The notes beneath the pieces were generated by a model. That model was not told the DNA's origin, did not search any database, and was given only the letters and a program-made list of their open reading frames with translations. The translations under genes and the position numbers were made by a program. Below are positions 1 through 11,544 of a stretch of DNA of 64,000 nt, in pieces. Source of the stretch: Lama glama (taxonomy: Eukaryota). The stretch covers positions 1,736,001 to 1,800,000 of the forward strand of contig CM052825.1 in NCBI GenBank assembly GCA_028534125.1. The letters are read 5' to 3'. How positions within the stretch are numbered: position 1 is the stretch's first letter; each line of letters begins with the position of its first letter.

Positions 1-740
1 GCACGTACCATGAGCGTCCCGGTGGGGGTGATGGGTCCGGGCGACGGGCTTGGCGCTGGTCTGTCCCCCTCAGCCTGAGCTCGTTCCCCGCGCCTGGGCC
101 CTCTGGGCTCCCAGACTGGCCTCTAGGGGCGCGTTCGCCGTTCCCCCGCCCGCCGTGTCCGTCCTCGCCCCGTCAGGCTCGGCAGGTGGCGCGGCCCGGG
201 GCGGGGCGTGCGGCGGCTGACGAACGCGAGGCGGGTGAGGCGCGCGCGGGGGGAGGGGTTGTGGTCTCTGTGGCCAGGCCGGGGTCGGGGGTCGGGGTCA
301 GGGCCGGGGAGCACGAGGACCCCGCGTGCGCGGCCTGGGCGCGACCTGGTGGGGGGCGGTCCGCAGGGAGGGCGCCCTCCTCCGCAAGGGCTCAGCCTGG
401 CCGGAGATGGACAGACGGACGCCCCAGCCCGGGCAGGCCTGCTCCTGACTCCGGCACACAGACTCCCTGGCCAGCCCCACTCTCGCGAGAGCCCCTCTGA
501 CCACAGGACAGACGGGCTCCCGGGTCCCCTCCCAGGCCGGACACAAGTGCACTTGCCGGCCGGGAGGTACCGGCAGTGAGTGGGCAGAGAGCCTTCTCCG
601 CGCAGACTGCTGGCGGCAGGGTTTCACACCGACCCTTGCGTGGGGGAGGGGGCGGACGACAGACAGACACTTCCGGTCTGGACTGAGACGTCTGCCCCTC
701 TACACGTGGCCGGCCCCAGAGCGTGCACGCACCGCTCCCT
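1..740. promoter_or_regulatory. CpG island at the BRAT1 5' end (promoter / non-coding first exon region)
   Basis: Very CpG-dense. GC box ggggcgggg at about 198, TCTCGCGAGA at 481-490, ETS site CACTTCCGGT at 668-677, E-box CACGTG at 703-708. Candidate splice donors at 235 and 576. Confidence 0.8.
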
Positions 741-1079
741 CTGGCCCACCTGCAGCCTACCCAGGCCAGCTTCATGCTGTCCTCCCTCCAGAGTCCAAGG
801 CTGGCCGGCTTGGAGCTCCTGAGACCTCACGGTTTACTCCAGGCTCCCATCTCCGGCACCCTCACTGAGGGCTCTTGCTTGTTTTTGACAACCTCCAGTC
901 CCACCTAAGCTGAGGCTTTACATCCATCCCAGCAGCTTGGAGTTTCTGTCTGAGAATCTCAGTCATCTGGCCTGAGGTGAAAGTTCTGGGGCCCGGGCAG
1001 GCATGGGGGCTGCCGCCGGTGACTAGGGCCTGTCAGTTCTGGCCCTGACATTTCCTTTGCAGAAACCCCCAGCCTCATC

Positions 1080-1206
1080 ATGGACCCAGAGTGCTCCCGC
1101 CTCCTCCCGGCTCTCTGTGCTGTCCTGGTAGACCCCAGGCAGCCCGTGGCAGATGACACTTGTTTGGAGAAGCTGCTGGACTGGTTTAAAACAGTAACTG
1201 AAGCAG
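1080..1206 (+). CDS. BRAT1: BRAT1 coding exon 1
   Basis: Acceptor tttcctttgcag ends at 1062, ATG at 1080, MDPECSRLL...KTVTEA, donor gtatgg at 1207. Confidence 0.95.
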
Positions 1207-4200
1207 GTATGGGTGAGGGTGTCACTGTTGACTTTCCACAGAGGCCAGACAGTGCAGGGCTGCCCTGTCCTGGGGAAGGGCCGTCCATCTGGTGTCTTTC
1301 CTTCGTATCTTCAAGATTCCCCCTGGCTTTGGGGACATGGCAAACTGAGCCTGATGGGGCTTGGGCTGTAGGCCTCCTGTTTCTCTGGTCACGCTATGCG
1401 GCTGCCAAGGGCATGGACAAGCATATTTTGTTGTTTGCATTGCACTTTTTGTTTGTTTTAAGAAATCAGTTTTTCTTTCTGATTACGTAAGTAGTATGTA
1501 TTCTTGAAGTAAAGTTTGGACAGCACAGAGGAGTAAAGATGAAAATTAAACCACCCCAAACATCTTTTATTTCCTTCCAGCATTTTTTCTTAGCACATCA
1601 TAGAGAGATATTTTTCTTGTAAAAATGAGGTTGCACCGTAAGTACACCTTGCTGTCTTGCTTTTTCTTACCGTCGTGTGGGTATTTTCCCCGCGGACACA
1701 TTGGCTTTATTGACTATGTCATTCGCTCTGTGAATGGATCTTAATTTTATAATCACTCCACTGCTGTTGACGTTTACGTTTCTAGTGGGACGGCATGGCT
1801 TTCCTTATACATTTGCTCGTGTAGTGTTCTCTCGGCTGATGATTGCCGTAGGATAGATTACATGTCGTTAACTTCTGCTGCTTTTGGCTTTGGTTTACCC
1901 AGTTCTTTACTCCCGTTTTAGTTGAATAGCAGAGTCTGTCGTGTTTTCTAATAGACGCATTTGAGGCTACACATTTCTCTGAAAGTATCACTTTAGCTGC
2001 ACCCTGCAAGTCTTACTGTGCAATGCTTTTGTTGTAATTTACTTTCAAATATATTTCATGCTTTTCACTGTGATATCTCTTCACCCACAAATTGCTTAAG
2101 AGAACATCTTTTAGATTTATGATATGGAGGTCATTATTGATTTCTAATTTATTTCATTAGAGTTAAAAAAAATCTGTATTTTGATTCTTTTGTATCTGTT
2201 GAAGCTCTTCTTGTGGCATGGTGTGCAGACCATGTTTCACATGTTTTGTAGATTTCGCCATAGGATATTGTTTTTTGGTATTTAGTCTTCAGTTGTGGCC
2301 AGTTAGCCACATTTTAAAAATTATTTTTAAACAGCTTTCTCTGAGGAACGATTTATGTACCGTAGAACTGATCCGTTTAAAATGTGTAACTCAGCTGTTT
2401 TTAGTAAATTCACTCTGGATCCACCACCATCCCACAAACCAATTTTGTAACATTGTCGTCCCCCTTGGGAGAAACCTGGTACCCATTCACAGTGGTCTCT
2501 TTTCCTGTATCCGTTCCCCTCAGTGTTCTGCGTGATGAGAACGTCGTCTCCATCCTTGTTCCCGTTGTTAAAGCCTGCAATGTTCTTGCTAATTTGTTTG
2601 CTTCATTGTATTTGGGAGGTGTGTGGAAATCTTATACGAAGATTGCAAACTCAACAATTTTTCTTTGAAATTCTTTCCCCCCCTTTATATATTTTGAAGT
2701 TAGGTTGGGTATGTGTAGGCTTAGACTGTTATTTCTCTGGGGTTTGTTTCTGTGAGCAGCGACTTTCTTCCTAAAGCTCTGATAGTGTTTCTGTTTAAAA
2801 GTCAGTTTTGTCTGACATTCTTCTTGCTGTTCCCAGCTGTATCTTTTCACCCTTTACTCTGGCTTTCTGTGTTGTCAAGCTTCATTGTTTCTTATCAGCC
2901 TTATGTTGCCAGCCTTTGGTTTTTAATGTAATCTGAGCAGCTCTTTATTTTAACAGACAACTTGATCTGTTTCATTTGTTGAACTTACTGGTATGTTTGA
3001 ACCTGTTTTCATGATATTCTTTTTTTTTTAAGTGATAGCAAATTTATTTAGAGAGATACACATTCCATAGGCAGAATGTGGACTATCTCAAAAAGTGAGA
3101 GCAGCTTCTTTTGTATTTTTAAAACCTTTCCCGTTCATTATTGTTGCTCCTTTTACCTCCTTTTCTGCCCTCCATTGGATCAATAAAACTTTTGTTGTTT
3201 CAGTCTTTCTTCCTCTGGTTTTAAAGTTATGCATTCCACTTAAGTTCTTTAGTGGTTACTCTTACACACAAACTGTATTTAAAAAGTCGAAAGTTAGTTA
3301 GAATCTCTATCCTCTGTTCCAACAACACAAGGGTCCCGAGCACTGTAACTCCAGTCCAGACAGTCTTCCATGGCTCGTTGTCTTTATTTTGATTCTGTCT
3401 TGTTCTAAGCTTCTTCAGAGTTACTTATTTTTAATTTTTAAAGTCAGTGCTTTTTTAGATTTGCCCACATGTTTACTGGTTTCTTTGCTCCTTGCTTTTT
3501 TCTTTTTCACTGTTCTTTTTCCTTCTTACTGAGCCATAGTCCTTTCTAAGGGCCTCTCTGTGGAAGCGCTCGGAGCCCTGCCCCGGGTCGCCGGCTCCCG
3601 CCGGCCCGTCTGTGGTTGCGCGCGGACGTGTCAGGTGCCGGGTCTGGAATCAGGGCCTGCTTGCTGTGCCCGTTGCTTTGGAGCTCAGTGTAAGAGAGAG
3701 GCGTCCATCGGAGAGGTGAAGCCTGCCTTCTGCTTTAATTTGCGTCTCTTTTACATGATGTGCAAGGCAGAGCGTCTTCGCAGGTTTCTGGTCATTTGTA
3801 TTTCCTGTCCACGTCCCTTGCTTGTCATTGAGGTGTCGGCTTGCGAGTTTGTCCCCTCGTTGAATTAAAGTCACCATCCTTTGTTGCAGTTTTGCAAACA
3901 TTTTCTCCCAGTTGGACTGCTCAGTTGAACCTGAGAGAAAGGGTGTCTGGGAGGTGACAGGAGAATGGTCCCCCAGGGAGGCAGGCACTGCGCCCCGGTG
4001 ACACGCTGCCTTGCTGCGCCTGCCTCCAGGGCCCAGTCTCCTGTTGCTGCAGGAGAACCCTTGCCTGGTGGAGCTGCTGTTCCGCGTGCTGAAAGCCCAC
4101 GACCCGCATCCCAGAGTCCTCTCCTTCTCACTCCGCCTCGCAGGGCTGTTTGCAGCCCAGGAAGACTGCTTCCAGTATCTTCAGGTGAGCCTGAGTCGTC

Positions 4201-7200
4201 CCTCTCAAGGCCTGCTGTGGCTTTAGAGGCTTGACAGGCTGCAGGCTGCCCTTCAGTCTGGCGGTTGGCCCCCTGTGTGCGGGGACGAGGGACACCTGCA
4301 GGTTCAGGCTCTGCGGGGCAGTGGGAGGGTGCCCTCCCATCCTGCATCCGTGGCGCTGGCTTGGCCTCCTGCCCCTTCACAGACTCCCGGGGGATCTGGC
4401 AGCCCCCGGGTTTGCTACTCACTGTGTTGAGACCTCTGTGGTGAACAAGAATCTTGGGCACATGACGGGAAATGAGGACAGTGCATGACTGTACCATGGA
4501 TGTCCATAAGCCAGGGGGGGTTGACTGAAGAGTTAGTCACTGCCAGCTAGGGGTCAGCTTCATGGGGGCGGTGGGCTCATAGCTGGGTCATAAGGGGTTT
4601 GAGCAGTGGTAAGTGCAGGGCAAGCCTGATACATGGGGCGTGTTGGGGAATCTGGGGTGGGGGACACCTGGAGGAGGGCAGGGGCCCTGGAAGACCCCAC
4701 TTCCCAAGTGTAAGAGCCCAGTAGGCTGTGGGGACCTTTGGGGGTCCTTGAGCACAGGATGTCCTGGTGAGAGGGGGGCCTTTGGCGCCGGAGTTGGTGG
4801 ACCATTTGGAGGAGGGGTTTTTGAAGTGAACTGTGACAGTTGGTGAGCCTTTCTGTAAAACCCAATTCTCCAGAAGCTCTTTTCCCATCAGTTGGTTCTG
4901 GTGGCCACCTGACACCTCCCAGAAGCACAGCTGCCCACAGGCACTTTGTGTGGGCAGCTCACGAGAAAGGTCCCCCAGAGAAGTGCTCTGAACCAGCTCT
5001 GAACAATAGAAAAGCCATCTCTGATCTGCGGAACTTCCCCAGGTTACCCCTTCCTCCTCTGTTTCCCAGCAGGGGGAGTTGCTGCCCATGCTCTTCGGGG
5101 AGGCGGGGCCCCTCGGAGGGGCCGCCTGGACCGCCCCCACAGTGCGCAGTGGCTGGCTGCAGGGCCTGCGCTCCCTGGCCCAGCACCCCAGTGCCCTGCT
5201 CTTCCTTGCTGACTGTGGTGAGTGCCCCATCTGCCCCTCCTTCAGCCTCTGTCCTCACTCTGCCTGATGCTTTGTGACTTCAGGGAAATCGCTGCACCTT
5301 TCTGGGCCTCGTGCTCTAAACGTGAAAATGGCTGTGGTATCACAGGGCCGTTGTGAGGAACACTCAGGGTAACCAGGGGTTGGAGGCCCCTCAAGGGTGT
5401 GTGGTGCCCTGTGGCTCATTGGTCGGACCCAGCAGCTGGGGTGGCTTTGGAACTGACTGGAAAGAATCAAAAGTGGCCAGACTTCTAAAGCCCCTCGCAC
5501 ATGAACCCTCCGTTCTGGTTCCTTTGCCTCTGAGCAGAGGGGAGGCTGGGCCTCTCTCGGAGCCTCCGTGGTGCGTGGCATTTGAGCTCTGGCCGTGAGG
5601 TTCTGAAATCCAGTGCTTAAAGCCGCTCAGTGGTTTCAGCGTCCCTGCTGTCCACTGTGGACTCACTTCCAGCTGAACCTTGTTTCTTTCCCTGCCCCTT
5701 GTCCCCTCCCCCAGGTGCTGTTGACACCATCTTCTCCCTGCAGGGAGATTCCAGCCTGTTTGTGGCCTCAGCAGCTGGACAGCTCCTGGTGCACATCCTT
5801 GCCTTGGCGATGCAAAGCCCAGCCGAGGGACATCCCAGCCCCCAGGGGTGTGACTGGCCAGCGTGTGCCCAGAAGATTGTGTGTCACGTCGAAGACTCCC
5901 TGCACTCCACAGCCACCCCGCAGGTCACGCAGGCCCTGAACGTCCTGACCACCACGTTTGGGCACTGCCACGGCCCATGGACACAGGGCCTCTGGGTGCG
6001 GCTGAGCCCCCTCGTGGCCTGTCTGCTCGAGAAAGACCCCATCCCAGCCTCACACTCGCTCATGGATCTCCTCCTCAGTGTGGCCCGGTCAGGCCCCCGG
6101 GGTACAGCTTTGGGGGGGGGTGCGGGCAGGACTGGGGGGGCTTGTTTTCCTCGGGAAGTTTTACACCTGGGGCCATGTCTCATTAGCTCCCCAAGAACGC
6201 TGCCTTGAGTAGAGGGAATGCCAGAGGATTTCAAAGCCTGCACAGCTGGGGTGGGCCTCCCGTCTCAGCCAAGCACGCCGGGCCGCAGCAGTCCCGCTGG
6301 GCACCGGTGGGCTTTGGCGGGCTGGATGGAGGAATAACATTTTCTTCCTGGGTCCTCTCCTGCAGTTCTCCTGTGGGGAGTTCTGACTGTGGCCTGTGGG
6401 AGACTTTGGCACAGACTCTGAGCCATCTGAGCCCCATACAAGCAGGGCCTCTGGCTTTGGGGATCCTGAAACTGCAGGACTGGTAAGGATTGGGGTTCAC
6501 CTTCCGTGAGGCAGGCAGAGAGGTCAGAGAACTTCAGGGGAGCTCCTGGAACCAGGGCTCAGTCAGGCGGCTGTCCAGGGCATGGCCAGGCAGTGCGTGG
6601 GTGGTCACCAAGGCACTGGCACACATTGTGGCTTCTGTACTCTTAGTGGCAGAATAACTTTTTCATTGGCTCCGCAGAGATAGAAGGGACTCTTGGAGCA
6701 GCCCTGCTCAGTGTAGGGCTGGGTTCATACCCAGGATCTGCTTAGCTGTCTTCTGACCCCTCCCTGGTGGCCTCAGCTTGTGGATCCTGGGCCTCCCAGG
6801 GCTGTGGGACAGCGGAGGGGGGCCCAGCAGGCAGGAGTGGTGGGACAGCTTCCCAGAGGGCAGGGTGTGTGTGCCCTTCCTGGAAGAGGGTGCGGGGTCC
6901 AGAGGGGTGAGAAGGGAGAGGGAGTCATTCCAGGGCTCCGTGTAGAGGACAGCCGGTCCTGTCGGCCTGGGCCGGGTGGCGTGGCCACGGGACCCGCTCG
7001 CTGGCGTGCTGCGGGTGTGGGGCAAGCCCGGATCTGGGCTCCAGGGTCTCCTGATGTTCAGTGAGAGGGAGTGGTCCGAAGGGGAAGGGAAGGGTTGGGC
7101 AGCCGACTTGGGAGGAGAGTTCTGGGCCAGCTTAGCCTCCCAGCCACCCCAGGCCCAAGCACGGTGGCGAGAGCGTGTTCCAGAGTCTAGGAAGGGATAT

Positions 7201-10200
7201 CAGCCCTGGGGGTACTCCCGGGAGGTGGGGCAGCCCGACCCCTTGGCCAGGGCAGGCGCTGCCCATTGGAGTGGGTGTGGCCGGGCCTTACCGGGGCTCC
7301 GCCTGGGACCTGGGCCGTGCTTTCTAGCAGCTCCTGTGGAGTCCCTGTGCCAGTGATGTGAGTGCTGGTCAAGGTGCTTACAAGGAAGCTGTTTCTCAGG
7401 GGAGTGTCCAGAGCCCCAACCCCAGCCCCTTTGCCCCAGACCTGCTGGGGCTGTTAGGAGGGCAGCCAGGTCACCTGCAGGTGGGGGCAGCACTCACCAT
7501 GTCCTCTTGCCAGTCCACAGGCACTGAAGACCCAGGCCTTTGGTGTCCTCCTCCAGCCCCTGGCCTGTGTCCTGAAAGCTGCTGCTCAGGCCCCTGGACC
7601 TCCAGGTAGGCTGCTTGGGGGAAGGGTGGGCAGGCACAGGAGGGCAGGACCCTGGAGTCCTGAGCACGTCCGTGGGGCCGGGGCAGGCTGATGGGCAGTG
7701 GGGTACCTGGCTCGCCGCCTCACGTAAGAATGAAGGTGGCAGAGGTGTAGGCTGTCGTTCCAGGTGTGAATGCTGCTCACGTCTTCATGGCCTGGAGTTA
7801 CTGGGGCATCGTCTGAGGTGGCTCCCAGAGAGGTCAACCTTTGTCCCCTACCCCAGGCCCTGGCAGTCGGTGGTGGTTCTCAACCCAGAACGGGCTCATG
7901 GGCCTGCCACTCGTCCTCCCAGACTGTCTGGGTTCTGTGCAGGGGGCTGGGTGTCCTCTCTTGTGCCTTGTCTCGCTTCACGAGGGTGGAGGAGTAGAGA
8001 AGGGACCCGGCTGTGCCTGGTGGCCCCGTGTGAGCATGGAGGCAGGCCTCCTAGCCAGTGGGAGCTGGCCTGGGAACACAGAGGACAGGACTCCGTTCAC
8101 GAGCCTTGCAGACAGGTTCAGACTGCAGCTCCAGCCAGCTGGACGTCATCCTGGACGAGCCACCTGCTCGGAATCTCTGGTCCTGGTCCCAATCTCTGGT
8201 GTGGATCAGTGGCCGGTGGTTAGGCCTGCAGCAGCCACACAGGAGGTGCCCACTAACCAGGAGCTGTTTCTGGTCGGCCTCCAGGTTTTCCAGAAGGGGC
8301 CACAGGCGACTCGATGACAGTGGACACGTTTCTCTCCTCCAAGTCGGCTTGTGTGGGTCTCCTGTGCCAGGCCCTGGCCCACCTGGAGCTGCTGCAACTG
8401 CTGGTGGGTGTGGCCCTGGCCTGCGTCCACCCCGGCAGTGGGACTTGCGGCCGCACTGACTCTCCCTCCCCTCCCAGCCCCAGCGCCCCTCGCCCTGGCC
8501 CCAGGCGCCCCTGCTTCGGGCTGCGGTGGCAATACTGCGCTTCTGCCATGGCTCAGCAGCCCCCACCAGTGACGTGGGGGGCCACCTGTGTGCGGTCCTG
8601 GCGGGCTGTGTCCGGGTCCAGCGAGCGGCCCTGGATTTCCTGGGGACGCTGTCTCAGGGGACGGGTAAGTGAGGCTGCCTTCTCTTGTACAGCTCAGTCG
8701 GGTAAGCCCTGCAGCTGCTCAGAGACGTTCCTGAGGCTGCTGTCCTCTCATGTCTCCTTGGGGGCGGGGCTGGCATTCAGCTGACCACTGGCTCCTGTCC
8801 CCTGCTTTCCTTGGATTGACATGCTCCTGGACTGAGGAGGCCCCAGAGTGGGAGGTTGGGTGCTTCATCCATCCACGTCTGTCTCAGGCCCCCAAGAGCT
8901 GGTGACGCAGGTGTTTGCCGTCCTCCTGGAGTACCTCACAAGCCCTGACTCCAGCCCCACGGTACAGGTGCAGGGTTCAGGGTGGAGGGTGGGGGCAAGG
9001 AGGGAGGCAGGGGCACCCCCACAGGCCTCTTGGGGCCAGGATTGCTTCTTAAAGTGAGTTTGGACAGGCTGGTGGCCCTGGGCCTGGCATTGGTGGAGAT
9101 GGAGTGAGGGGGTGCTGGGCCATGGAGAGCAGGGAGGGGGTCCAGTCTTACAGGGAATTCTTCATGAGAGATGGAAACTAGAGCCAGGCGGGGCCTACAC
9201 TTAGGGTCCAAACTCTCATTGACGTTTGCTGCGAGTTATCCATTTTCATGACACTGCGGTTGAGTTGTGCTCTGTGGGTGCAGAATTAGCACCATGTGCA
9301 CTGAACAGCAGTGTGGAGGTTTGGACGACAGGCCTGGCGGATTCCTGGGACTTTAAGGAAAAGGTGCCCTGAGCAGTTTCTTGTGTTCTGGTGCAGAAAT
9401 TTCATCTCACTGACAGTGGGAGGTCCTGACGGGAGCCACCCTCCTCCTCTCTCTCTTGGTCTTGGATCCTAGTCCTGCTGCTTCTAGAGGCTTCTGTCTC
9501 ATCAGAACGAAGCCCAGCATTCCTCTCCCCACACCCCACTTTACCCCCAGGGCAGGGGCAGGAGCGCGGGGAGGTGGGCAGGGCGAGCAGGCCAGCTCAG
9601 CCCTCCTAGCCCTGCAGCCCTGCTCTGCCCGCTCCAGGTTCTGAAGAAGGCCTTCCAGGCCACACTCAGGTGGCTCCTGGGCTCCCCCAAGGCCCCTAGC
9701 TGCTGCGACCTGGACCCCCACACCCAGTTGTTCCTCAGAGGTAACCCTGGCCCCTCCAGGGTAAACTGAGGGAGGTGTGGGGCGGAGGCGTTGGGGGCTG
9801 GACAAAGGGCGGGTGGGTGTGACAGGCTCTGACACCCCCCCCACCCTCCCCCTGCTGCAGAGCTGCTCCCTGTGCTGCGGAAACGGCTGTGCAGCCCCTG
9901 CTGGGAGGCCAGGGACTCGGGCCTCGAGTTCCTGACCCAAGTGACCAGACACTGGGGAGGTAAGCGAGGGCGCTGGGCAGGAGGGGAGGCTGGCCTGGCC
10001 TTAGTGCCCCGTTGTCCCCTAGTAGGCGGGAACTCGGGCCACCCAGGCTGCCCTCGGGGAGGGAGGGGAGGCTTGGGCTCAGCCCTTGGTCACCGCTGGT
10101 TGTGGCTGTTTGGACTTCCAGGGCAGGCCGCCTTCAGACATGCTCTCCTTGCTTCAGAGGTGCCTGAGCTCACCAGGCAGCTCCTGCGAGACCCTGAGAG

Positions 10201-11349
10201 TTACGTCCGCGCAAGTGCAGTGACTGCCACAGGGCAGCTGTCCAGCTGGGGGCTGTACGCCACCCCCACCAGCCCAGAGCACCCAGAGGTCCAGCAGGTA
10301 GGAGGCGGGTCCTCTGGCTGTGCAGCTCACACCTGGCAACCGTCCTTATGCCCAGGGAGGGGTGGGTCTGCCGCCCAGGCGTGGGCGGTCTGGGGCCAGG
10401 GCTCTGTGGGGCATGTCTCCTGAATCTCCGGCTCAGCCTTCTGGCACCCTGTTGCTTGGACGTGGTTGCCCTGGTTTGGTGGATGAGCACACGGAGGGCC
10501 AAAGGGGATGTCCCCTGAAGGAGGCAGAGCAGTTTGGGCCCCAGACCTGCCCGGCAGGGGCTTCTCAGGGCGCTCCCTGCTGCGCCCCAGCATGCCAGCA
10601 GGCCTCTGCCTTCCCTGGCCCCTCCCACCCCCCCCCACTCTGTCCTCCAGGAGAGCCTGTTCACGGAGCTTCTGCACATCCTCTCCACGGACTCAGAGGG
10701 CTTCCCCCGCAGGGCTGTCATGCAGGTCTTCACCCAGTGGCTGAAGGACGGCCACACTGACGTGGCTGAGGACCTGGAGCAGTTCGTGGCCAGAGTGCTG
10801 CAGGTGGCGAGCCGGGACCTGGACTGGGAGGTGCGGGCCCAGGGCCTCGAGCTGGCGCTGGTGTTCCTGGAGCAGTTGCTGGGCCATCCTGGCTCCCGCT
10901 GTCCCTATGCTGTGGCCCTGCCCGAGGCAGCCCCACCTGCCACGCTGGCCCAGGTCCTGCAGGCGCTCTGCCGGGTACAGCTCTTTGAGTTTGCCCTCCG
11001 TGCCTTATTTGACTGTGACCGACCTGTGGCCCAGAAGTCCTGTGACCTCCTGCTTTTCCTGAGGGCCAAGGCCACTCCCTGTGGTGGCCCACAGGAGGCG
11101 GGAGCCAGCCCCGACGTGGTCTCTGTGGAGGCTGCCCTGCAGAGGTGGCAGGCAGGCGAGCAGGGTCAGCCCCTGGGGGAGCTGGAGCCTGAGGCTGTCA
11201 TGGCCGTGCTGAGGTCCATGGACCTGGAGGGCCTTCGGGGTACGCTGGCCAAGAGCAGTGACCACATAGAGAAGAGCCCTCAGTCGCTCCTGCAGGACAT
11301 GCTGGCCTCTGTGGGTGTCCTGGGGGAGAATGAGGCCGACTGTTACTGA
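1080..11349 (+). CDS. BRAT1: BRCA1-associated ATM activator 1 (Integrator INTS9/INTS11 assembly factor), complete spliced CDS, 13 coding exons, 2469 nt / 822 aa
   Basis: Exons 1080-1206, 4030-4184, 5070-5217, 5715-6087, 6366-6482, 7514-7605, 8285-8403, 8478-8664, 8888-8961, 9638-9740, 9861-9959, 10122-10297, 10651-11349. All introns are GT-AG and the phases join into one open frame, [37 protein letters not shown]...ENEADCY*, matching recalled human BRAT1. Confidence 0.97.
1480..3560 (-). mobile_element. Cluster of old antisense L1M fragments in the BRAT1 intron
   Basis: AT/T-rich block in a GC-rich gene. L1-like segments such as gcatttgaggctacacatttctctgaaagtatcactttagctgca and a 3'-end-like piece at about 2310-2520. 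Confidence 0.65.
3020..3105 (-). mobile_element. Short polyadenylated retro-insertion (LTR-like 3' RNA end)
   Basis: Minus strand has AATAAA (3048-3043), then a short spacer and A10; TTCTTTT repeated at 3017-3023 and 3106-3112. Confidence 0.6.
4030..4184 (+). CDS. BRAT1: BRAT1 coding exon 2
   Basis: ctccag|GGCCC; [16 protein letters not shown]...CFQYLQ; donor gtgagc. Confidence 0.95.
5070..5217 (+). CDS. BRAT1: BRAT1 coding exon 3
   Basis: tttcccag|CAGGGG; [17 protein letters not shown]...FLADC; donor gtgagt. Confidence 0.93.
5715..6087 (+). CDS. BRAT1: BRAT1 coding exon 4
   Basis: [20 protein letters not shown]...DLLLSVA; AG/GT flanks. Confidence 0.95.
6366..6482 (+). CDS. BRAT1: BRAT1 coding exon 5
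   Basis: [16 protein letters not shown]...LGILKLQD; donor gtaagg. Confidence 0.93.
7514..7605 (+). CDS. BRAT1: BRAT1 coding exon 6
   Basis: [30 protein letters not shown]; donor gtaggc. Confidence 0.93.
8285..8403 (+). CDS. BRAT1: BRAT1 coding exon 7
   Basis: Branch-point-like cactaac at about 8251; [22 protein letters not shown]...LLQLL; donor gtgggt. Confidence 0.92.
8478..8664 (+). CDS. BRAT1: BRAT1 coding exon 8
   Basis: [13 protein letters not shown]...[16 protein letters not shown]; donor gtaagt. Confidence 0.94.
8888..8961 (+). CDS. BRAT1: BRAT1 coding exon 9
   Basis: [24 protein letters not shown]; AG/GT flanks. Confidence 0.93.
9638..9740 (+). CDS. BRAT1: BRAT1 coding exon 10
   Basis: [18 protein letters not shown]...LFLR; donor gtaacc. 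Confidence 0.94.
9861..9959 (+). CDS. BRAT1: BRAT1 coding exon 11
   Basis: [32 protein letters not shown]; donor gtaagc. Confidence 0.94.
10122..10297 (+). CDS. BRAT1: BRAT1 coding exon 12
   Basis: [14 protein letters not shown]...[11 protein letters not shown]...EVQQ; donor gtagga. Confidence 0.94.
10651..11349 (+). CDS. BRAT1: BRAT1 last coding exon
   Basis: [27 protein letters not shown]...[13 protein letters not shown]...ENEADCY, stop TGA. Confidence 0.96.
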   Translation, partial: ESLFTELLHILSTDSEGFPRRAVMQVFTQWLKDGHTDVAEDLEQFVARVLQVASRDLDWEVRAQGLELALVFLEQLLGHPGSRCPYAVALPEAAPPATLAQVLQALCRVQLFEFALRALFDCDRPVAQKSCDLLLFLRAKATPCGGPQEAGASPDVVSVEAALQRWQAGEQGQPLGELEPEAVMAVLRSMDLEGLRGTLAKSSDHIEKSPQSLLQDMLASVGVLGENEADCY

Positions 11350-11538
11350 GAAGCCTGGTGGCACCCTCCGTGGACCCTGCTGCTGCGCCGTGTCCCTTCC
11401 TCGCACTGCCATCCTGAGGGCTCTAGCCTGGCCTGACTGCACATGGGATCCTCCAGGCAAGCCAGGACCAGGCAACCCCACAAGGTCAAAGAATTCCATG
11501 TTTTGCTGTATTATTGAAGTGGCTTATTTTCTACTCAA

Positions 11539-11544
11539 AATAAA
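11539..11544 (+). terminator. BRAT1 polyadenylation signal AATAAA
   Basis: First AATAAA after the stop, about 190 nt downstream, in a U-rich context. Confidence 0.8.
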
